Under the pieces are notes generated by a model. That model saw nothing but the letters and a program-made list of their open reading frames with translations. It was not told the DNA's origin and did not search any database. This document shows positions 58,710 to 64,000 of a stretch of 64,000 nt of DNA, piece after piece. A program made the position numbers and the translations under genes. The stretch is from the NCBI GenBank assembly GCA_965223335.1, contig OZ244991.1, forward strand, positions 1,600,001 through 1,664,000, written 5' to 3'. Origin of the DNA: Thermodesulfobacteriota bacterium. GTDB lineage: Bacteria > Desulfobacterota_D > UBA1144 > Nemesobacterales > UBA2774. Within the stretch, counting starts at the first letter, position 1. The number at the start of each line of letters is the position of its first letter.

Positions 58710-59192
58710 TTAGGGGTTCGGATTCGGTACAGTTATAGGTGGCTGAGTTGGAGGTGGCTGTGTAGGTATCGGCCGTGTGGGTGGTGGGCGTCTTGTCGGA
58801 GGCACGGGTGGATTAGTCGGTGGTAGAGGTGGGTTTGTAGGCGGTACGGGCGGGTTGGTGGGAGGATTGGGCGGATTCGTAGGGGGAGGTGCAGTTCGGA
58901 AATCATTTTGAGCATCCGGCGGTTCTTGATTGTACGGAGGCTCGGGGTCCGGGACTCTTGGGATAGGTGCACGGAGCAGAATTTCCATAACATTTAGCAG
59001 ATCAGGGTTATCGCGTACCGAATTTATCCTATCAATCGCACCCATATCGAGATCTATCTGTTCGTCTGTGGTCCATGAGTTGTTTAAAGCTCCCGCTATC
59101 ATATGCGGCGATGAAATAAGCAGCACTGCAATTATCATGAATAGCAACGATCTTAGCGGTTTTAATTTGTTCATTTTATTGAATACTTTCAT
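58710..59192 (-). CDS. Exported protein with proline-rich repeat tail
   Basis: Basic N-terminus plus hydrophobic signal; ATG at 59192 after GAGGTGG; C-terminal PPTNPP repeats. Confidence 0.7.
   Translation of the reverse strand: MKVFNKMNKLKPLRSLLFMIIAVLLISSPHMIAGALNNSWTTDEQIDLDMGAIDRINSVRDNPDLLNVMEILLRAPIPRVPDPEPPYNQEPPDAQNDFRTAPPPTNPPNPPTNPPVPPTNPPLPPTNPPVPPTRRPPPTRPIPTQPPPTQPPITVPNPNP
58713..58889 (-). repeat. Intragenic heptad repeat (PPTNPPx) x4 followed by degenerate PPTR/PTQPP units
   Basis: Period-7 amino-acid repeat with varied synonymous codons. Confidence 0.85.
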
Positions 59193-59199
59193 AACCACC

Positions 59200-60513
59200 T
59201 CAATAACTCAGGAATAATGACCATGTGATGATGTGACGGTCATATTCTAGCACTCTGTAAGTTGAGTCCTCGTTTGTAAAACTGTATGACATTGCCGCGT
59301 ATATCGGTCCCGAGATATTACGTGTCAGCATCGCAAGGAAGTTGATCCTGTCGGTTTTCCTATCTCTTGGACCCTGGAAATCTGGGTATTTTTCTCTGCC
59401 GTACTCACCATTAATATCTGCTCTAATAGCCCAAAACAACGGTGCAGATATTCCGCCCCTTAACCTGTGGCCGTTAAAATTAAAGTTGAGTCCATCGGCG
59501 TTATTGTGCTGGAACTCGTACCCAAGCCACACATTTAGTGCACGCTCCATAAAAAAGAAGTACTGTAACAAACCAACACTGTTATTTACAGCATCACGTG
59601 ACGAGATTGCGGGATCAAACCCCTCGTCCTCAAAATCATCATAGGCAAACCTGTAAAACGGTATTGTTAGGGTGTTGGGTGTGAACGCTGTATTTAGTGA
59701 TGCGGTAATAGAGTGCGAGTTGCTAAACCTGTCATAATCGAGCAGTGCATAGTTAAAGTTATAGTTTAGTGTCGGGGAAAACGGTTTGCCGAATAGTGTG
59801 GTTGTGTAGTTAATGTATGGTGAAACGTTGAATGTAGATAGATTGAAATCTCTAAGTTCTCGTTTGGTATGTTGGCTCTGGTAGGTGTTGAAATTGGCAC
59901 CCAGCACCCAATTCCCTAGGTTAGTGGTTCGTAACCCCAGGTTTAGGTACTCGGTGAACCTGAATGACTCGTCTTCGGTAAATGCCGCCCCACTGCCGTT
60001 TGGGTTTTCCGGCACATTGAAATCGAGTTGGGGTGCAATTTGTAGGAATACGTTATAGAATCTGGGGCCACCGGGTCTCTCGAACTCGGTCTGCTGTTGT
60101 TCAATGGCCTCGACATACTTTCCTGCCCACTTCGCGTATAGAGATTCCGGGGCTAGCGTTTTTACCTTGTCAAAAAGCGCACGCGCCATATCGGTCTGGC
60201 TGATTTTGAAATATGTAGATGCCTTATAATAGATTATCGGTACGTTTTCGGGGTCTATCTTAAGCGCTTTATCATAAGTTTCGAGTGCCTTTTGATAGTT
60301 TTCCAGCCTGTGATAAGAAAGTCCGATATATCTTAATATTAGAGGGGCCTGGTCAGGGTATTGCTCAAGTAGAGTTGTGAATTCTGTTATCGCCTTATTA
60401 TAATCACCGGATTTAAAGGCCTTCCCGGCTTCTGTATCTACTATATTAAGCTCTGCAAAAGCCGCGGGGGTAATCAGCGAGAGAATGAAAAATGTGTATA
60501 TGAGTATCCGCAT
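59200..60513 (-). CDS. Outer-membrane protein: N-terminal TPRs plus C-terminal beta-barrel (Slam/DUF560-like architecture)
   Basis: Signal peptide ending AFA from ATG 60513; TPR helices (IGLSYHRLENYQKALETYDKALKIDPEN); amphipathic strands ending WSLFLSY; promoter TTGCAA-N17-TATAAT at 60542-60570. Confidence 0.75.
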   Translation of the reverse strand: MRILIYTFFILSLITPAAFAELNIVDTEAGKAFKSGDYNKAITEFTTLLEQYPDQAPLILRYIGLSYHRLENYQKALETYDKALKIDPENVPIIYYKASTYFKISQTDMARALFDKVKTLAPESLYAKWAGKYVEAIEQQQTEFERPGGPRFYNVFLQIAPQLDFNVPENPNGSGAAFTEDESFRFTEYLNLGLRTTNLGNWVLGANFNTYQSQHTKRELRDFNLSTFNVSPYINYTTTLFGKPFSPTLNYNFNYALLDYDRFSNSHSITASLNTAFTPNTLTIPFYRFAYDDFEDEGFDPAISSRDAVNNSVGLLQYFFFMERALNVWLGYEFQHNNADGLNFNFNGHRLRGGISAPLFWAIRADINGEYGREKYPDFQGPRDRKTDRINFLAMLTRNISGPIYAAMSYSFTNEDSTYRVLEYDRHIITWSLFLSY

Positions 60514-60826
60514 ATCTTCATTTTTGATGTTACTTCCGAGGATTATATAATTTTTTGTGTCTGCTTGCAAATGGATATTAGAATTAATATCCTCTCTAAT
60601 TAAGCAAGCAATATGTAGTATTAAGTTGCTGGAATATGGCTTGCATCGGATTGTTATTTGCATAATTATCCGCCTGAGTAATGAGAAGAGGCTGTGTATA
60701 TTTCCTCCTCAAAACTATTTCAAATAGTTAGTAGTTGTTAAGGGAGTAAAGGTTCATTACAACTGTAATGAACTCTGATTCTAGCGGGTTATATGTAGAA
60801 ATGTGTGGAATAGTTAATTCCTATTG

Positions 60827-61642
60827 CTATGAAAAGGCCTGATTTAATCTCTCAATTTGCTCATCGGACAGGTGCCAGCCCGAGCCCCCGCAATTCTCAA
60901 CAGTGCGCTCAACGCTGTTGGATTTCGGTATGGATACTACATTTGGATGGGAATTGCACCAGTTTAGAGAGACCTGTGCCATAGTCCTGCCAGTCTCTTT
61001 TGCAATGTCCTCAAGCACCTGCATTTTGCTGCTTACCCTGATTCGTGGTTTCTTGCAAAGCCGCCCGTCATCAAGGGGGGTATACGCGAGGATTGTTATG
61101 TTGCTCTTCTCGCAAAATGGTATTAAGTCTGTTTCTATGCCGCGGCTGTTTAGGTTGTAGAGGACCTGATTTGAGACTATCGGATGGTGGTTAAGATAGT
61201 GCATAGCGTTTAATAGTTCGTCTGTGTCGAAATTGCTCACACCCAGATATTTAACCAGGCCCCGGTCGGCCAGTTTCTCTAAAGCTCGCATCGTATCCTG
61301 CAGAGGGTAGGTGTAATTGGGCCAGTGGATCTGATAGAGATCAATATAATCAGTACCTAGTCGATACAAGCTGTCCTCGCATGCTCTCAATACATCATCA
61401 TGTGCAAGGTGTCTGCCTGAGACCTTCGTTGCTAAAAACACGTCATCACGAATACCTTTAATTGCTTCTCCTACCACGTCTTCAGTGTGATAACCCTCGG
61501 CAGTGTCTATGAGACTTGCACCCAGTTTTATCCCCTCTCTTAGAGTCTCTGCACCACCCCGGTACCTCCATGTGCCGAGCCCGATCTCAGGGATCATAAT
61601 CCCGGTATTACTTAGTTCTTTATGGTTCATCTCTGTACTCAT
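60827..61642 (-). CDS. Aldo/keto reductase
   Basis: IGLGTW, IDTAEGY, LATKV, DLYQIHWP, GVSNF, NQVLY, IPKS. Confidence 0.94.
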   Translation of the reverse strand: MSTEMNHKELSNTGIMIPEIGLGTWRYRGGAETLREGIKLGASLIDTAEGYHTEDVVGEAIKGIRDDVFLATKVSGRHLAHDDVLRACEDSLYRLGTDYIDLYQIHWPNYTYPLQDTMRALEKLADRGLVKYLGVSNFDTDELLNAMHYLNHHPIVSNQVLYNLNSRGIETDLIPFCEKSNITILAYTPLDDGRLCKKPRIRVSSKMQVLEDIAKETGRTMAQVSLNWCNSHPNVVSIPKSNSVERTVENCGGSGWHLSDEQIERLNQAFS

Positions 61643-61723
61643 AATTATGATTCTTAAATATATGATAATAAATTCTTATAGGTTTGAATACAGAGGGAAT
61701 GTAGTAGTCGCAAGATATATATT

Positions 61724-61759
61724 AAAAACGGGGCTGTCTGTGAATTTAGACAACCCCGT
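61724..61759 (-). terminator. Rho-independent terminator after the CSLREA-domain gene
   Basis: ACGGGGTTGTCT-N8-AGACAGCCCCGT followed by a T-run on the minus strand. Confidence 0.8.
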
Positions 61760-61770
61760 ATAGTCTCATT

Positions 61771-63078
61771 TTATGCTTCAATTTCATTTCTCCTCATCAG
61801 TCTTCTAGTTAATATCAAAGCAGGAATTAGAAGATAGAGAGGAAAAGCTGTAGAGGTTGTATTGGTTGCCAGTGAACATCCACCGCCACTTTCGCTTACG
61901 GCACCAAATACGTGCTCAACGGCACCCATATCACAGATCGAAAACCCATTACCGTCCCCGTCCTGCGGCCTTGCGGTGCCTCTTTGGTCGGTCCCGTTAC
62001 ATTCTGCCGGGTTATCGGCGCTATCAATAGCAGGGCTCCCTTCCAGTATCCCGTGTGTCATAGTGGGGCCGCCGTTATCTGCAAGTATGCCGATCATTGG
62101 GTTTGTGTTGGGCATATCAGTCGGGTCTATGAGGTTGCATAAAGTTGTGGAAATATTGTTTCCATCCGACTGGATAAATATTCCACCGCAATCACTTGTG
62201 ATGTTATTGGCAATTATACTACCCCATACTGAAGTCATACTTCCAGCTGCCTGATAGATACCTCCGGCTGAACCAGATACGGTTATGTTAGATGCAATCG
62301 TTGTAAACTTTATGTCGAGCTCGGAGTCGTTATAAATTCCACCACCTAGGTCGGTTGCAGCGTTATTGCTTATAGTGACGTTCCTAAGTGTTAGAGCCCC
62401 ACGGTTGTAAATACCGCCTCCCCTCTCATCACCAGGGTCTCCGGCAGTAATATTGTTGTCGATCACTGATTCAACAATTGTCCCTTCGGCATCAGGGCCG
62501 ATATATATGCCTGCGCCTCTGGGAGCCATATTGCCTGTAATTGCTACCGTCTCGAGTACCACAATTTCAGCTGCATTTCTTATGGCACCACCGGCATTTC
62601 CCGAGTTGGCATTCGTGATCGTTAGGTCATAGAACTCAACCGTAATTTGATTTAAACCATCACCATCTAAAAGATGGAAGATCTGCTTGGAGCCGTTTCC
62701 GTCGATAATCGTGGACTTAGTGCCTGATCCTTGGATAATGAGGTCATCTCTTATATCCAGATCACCAACTGCTGCGAAGTTGTCCCCGCCCTCTAGTGTA
62801 AGGACATACGTCCCAGCGGGTATTGCTATCGTATCCTGACCCGCAAGATCGTTTGTTTCCATCACCGCAGCACGAAGTGTGCAGTTCCCGGCCCCGTCGT
62901 CACAAAGTGTATCACCCGGTGTATCATCGGGTGTGTCAATGTTGCTGTTTACAACAAACATCACAGCATGTGAATGAGTTGCTCCTATCATCACTGATAG
63001 AGCAAATACTAAAAGCAACATGCCTCGTGCTATGTGCGAAGCATCAAAATCTTTAATGCTCTCGAATAAGTTAATCAT
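61771..63078 (-). CDS. Surface protein with CSLREA-like domain, beta-helix (GGAI-type) repeats, choice-of-anchor-Q-like domain and C-terminal sorting signal
   Basis: CTLRAAV, GGAI/GGGIYN repeats, NGGPTMTH..GSPAID..DQRG..R..CDMGAVE, tail SGGGCS-TM-RRLMRR; ATG at 63078 after AAGGAGG. Confidence 0.85.
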   Translation of the reverse strand: MINLFESIKDFDASHIARGMLLLVFALSVMIGATHSHAVMFVVNSNIDTPDDTPGDTLCDDGAGNCTLRAAVMETNDLAGQDTIAIPAGTYVLTLEGGDNFAAVGDLDIRDDLIIQGSGTKSTIIDGNGSKQIFHLLDGDGLNQITVEFYDLTITNANSGNAGGAIRNAAEIVVLETVAITGNMAPRGAGIYIGPDAEGTIVESVIDNNITAGDPGDERGGGIYNRGALTLRNVTISNNAATDLGGGIYNDSELDIKFTTIASNITVSGSAGGIYQAAGSMTSVWGSIIANNITSDCGGIFIQSDGNNISTTLCNLIDPTDMPNTNPMIGILADNGGPTMTHGILEGSPAIDSADNPAECNGTDQRGTARPQDGDGNGFSICDMGAVEHVFGAVSESGGGCSLATNTTSTAFPLYLLIPALILTRRLMRRNEIEA

Positions 63079-63162
63079 GGTTAATTCCTCCTTTAAAGCA
63101 AGTTTGAATGGTGAGTAACAATATGCGAGGTAAAGGTTCAATATGTAACATATATAATATAT

Positions 63163-63197
63163 AAAAAGCCCCTGGAGCTTTCATACTCCAAGGGCTT
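63163..63197 (-). terminator. Rho-independent terminator
   Basis: AAGCCCTTGGAG-N8-CTCCAGGGGCTT followed by a T-run on the minus strand. Confidence 0.8.
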
Positions 63198-63234
63198 CTC
63201 TGTAAAGTCGAGTCTAACTTAAGGACTGTATTAA

Positions 63235-63999
63235 TTATGTTTCAGGTTTGTAAGGTGGGTTGGTCAACACACATTTTACCTTTGTTGTGGGTTTAACCTT
63301 ACCGCTGTACTGTTTCGTGTTGCTGGTGCCGTTATAAACACAACTCGCGTTGAATCTAACCAAGTCTACAGTAGTCGGCTGAAGTTGTATTGTGGCTTCT
63401 TTCTTGTAATCGCCGTTTCCCTTAGTCAGTGCATCTTTACACTGTTTCTCCACAGTGTTTAAACTCCATGGTTTAATCATAACGTTTTTATTGATGTGAT
63501 CTTCAGTGTAGTTGCCTGTCGGGAATACAGCCTTAGGACCATTGGCCGTAGAGATCTCAAAGTGCTTAATGCTTTGGTTCTCACCACACTGGAGTTTAGC
63601 GTTCCACTTTGTCTTCTCTTTTAAGTTTTTAGAAGCAAGTTTCATCACTGTGTACTCATGACCGTTATGAGACTCGGATTTGAGTTTCATAGGCACTGTG
63701 CCATGAAGACCGTTCATCTGATAGATTGATGCTCCGCCGTGGCTTGGGAACGGGTTGGATGTATACCCGCTCTGTGAACTCTGATGTTTAGGTTTAACCA
63801 AAACAGCTTTCTTGGCCACAGGCTTTGTGGATTTTCTGCTACTCTTGATACGCTTTGGTGTAGTAGAAGAATCGGAGTTGTCTACGCCGTTGGTTGTGTA
63901 ACCATAGTGGTCGCAGCAGTTAACCCATTTCCCATCAACCTTACAGAGTGCCAGTATATCGTAAGGGCAACTCGCAAAGCTGTTGTTTGTACCCAATCC
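63235..63999 (-). CDS. Hypothetical Cys- and Lys-rich protein, 5' end outside the window
   Basis: Frame stays open to the window edge; 8 Cys; followed by a terminator. Confidence 0.65.
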   Translation of the reverse strand, partial: GLGTNNSFASCPYDILALCKVDGKWVNCCDHYGYTTNGVDNSDSSTTPKRIKSSRKSTKPVAKKAVLVKPKHQSSQSGYTSNPFPSHGGASIYQMNGLHGTVPMKLKSESHNGHEYTVMKLASKNLKEKTKWNAKLQCGENQSIKHFEISTANGPKAVFPTGNYTEDHINKNVMIKPWSLNTVEKQCKDALTKGNGDYKKEATIQLQPTTVDLVRFNASCVYNGTSNTKQYSGKVKPTTKVKCVLTNPPYKPET

Positions 64000-64000
64000 T

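Noticed and set aside
58713..58889. CRISPR-like or DNA-level tandem repeat
   Set aside because: The repeat is conserved at protein level with varied codons and has no repeat-spacer structure.
60514..60663. 50-aa N-terminal extension of the TPR-barrel ORF
   Set aside because: It contains a near-consensus promoter, and the signal peptide begins at ATG 60513.

Overview
A 64-kb chromosomal window from a Gram-negative bacterium, dense in housekeeping and respiratory genes. Its lineage cannot be fixed from sequence alone; the gene content would fit a marine Desulfobacterota/Dadabacteria-like organism, which is a guess. I found no CRISPR array, prophage, integrase, transposase or rRNA. Main content: a copper-export cassette (site-2 protease, CopA, CupA-like cupredoxin); an Alternative Complex III operon (actABCDEF); a separate type A2 caa3 oxidase operon with Sco and heme A/O synthases; mreBCD-mrdA-rodA; metY/metX, asd/dapA, purM, bioD; a GpgS/GpgP glucosylglycerate pair; crcB-DUF190; tRNA-Pro(GGG); a P450; and a run of secreted or outer-membrane hypothetical genes at the right end. 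The most interesting signals are: (1) the ACIII variant, whose ActB keeps an intact N-terminal FS0 [4Fe-4S] motif, whose ActE lacks a lipobox, and which ends in an unannotated 46-aa single-TM ORF coupled to actF; (2) a self-contained 27-aa membrane-peptide mini-gene with promoter, SD and terminator; (3) a perfect 15-bp inverted repeat forming two back-to-back promoters; (4) several apparently leaderless genes; (5) a Slam-like TPR/beta-barrel gene coupled to a secreted proline-repeat protein; (6) an orphan GldC homolog. All family calls come from motif recognition, not database searches, so novelty is unverified.
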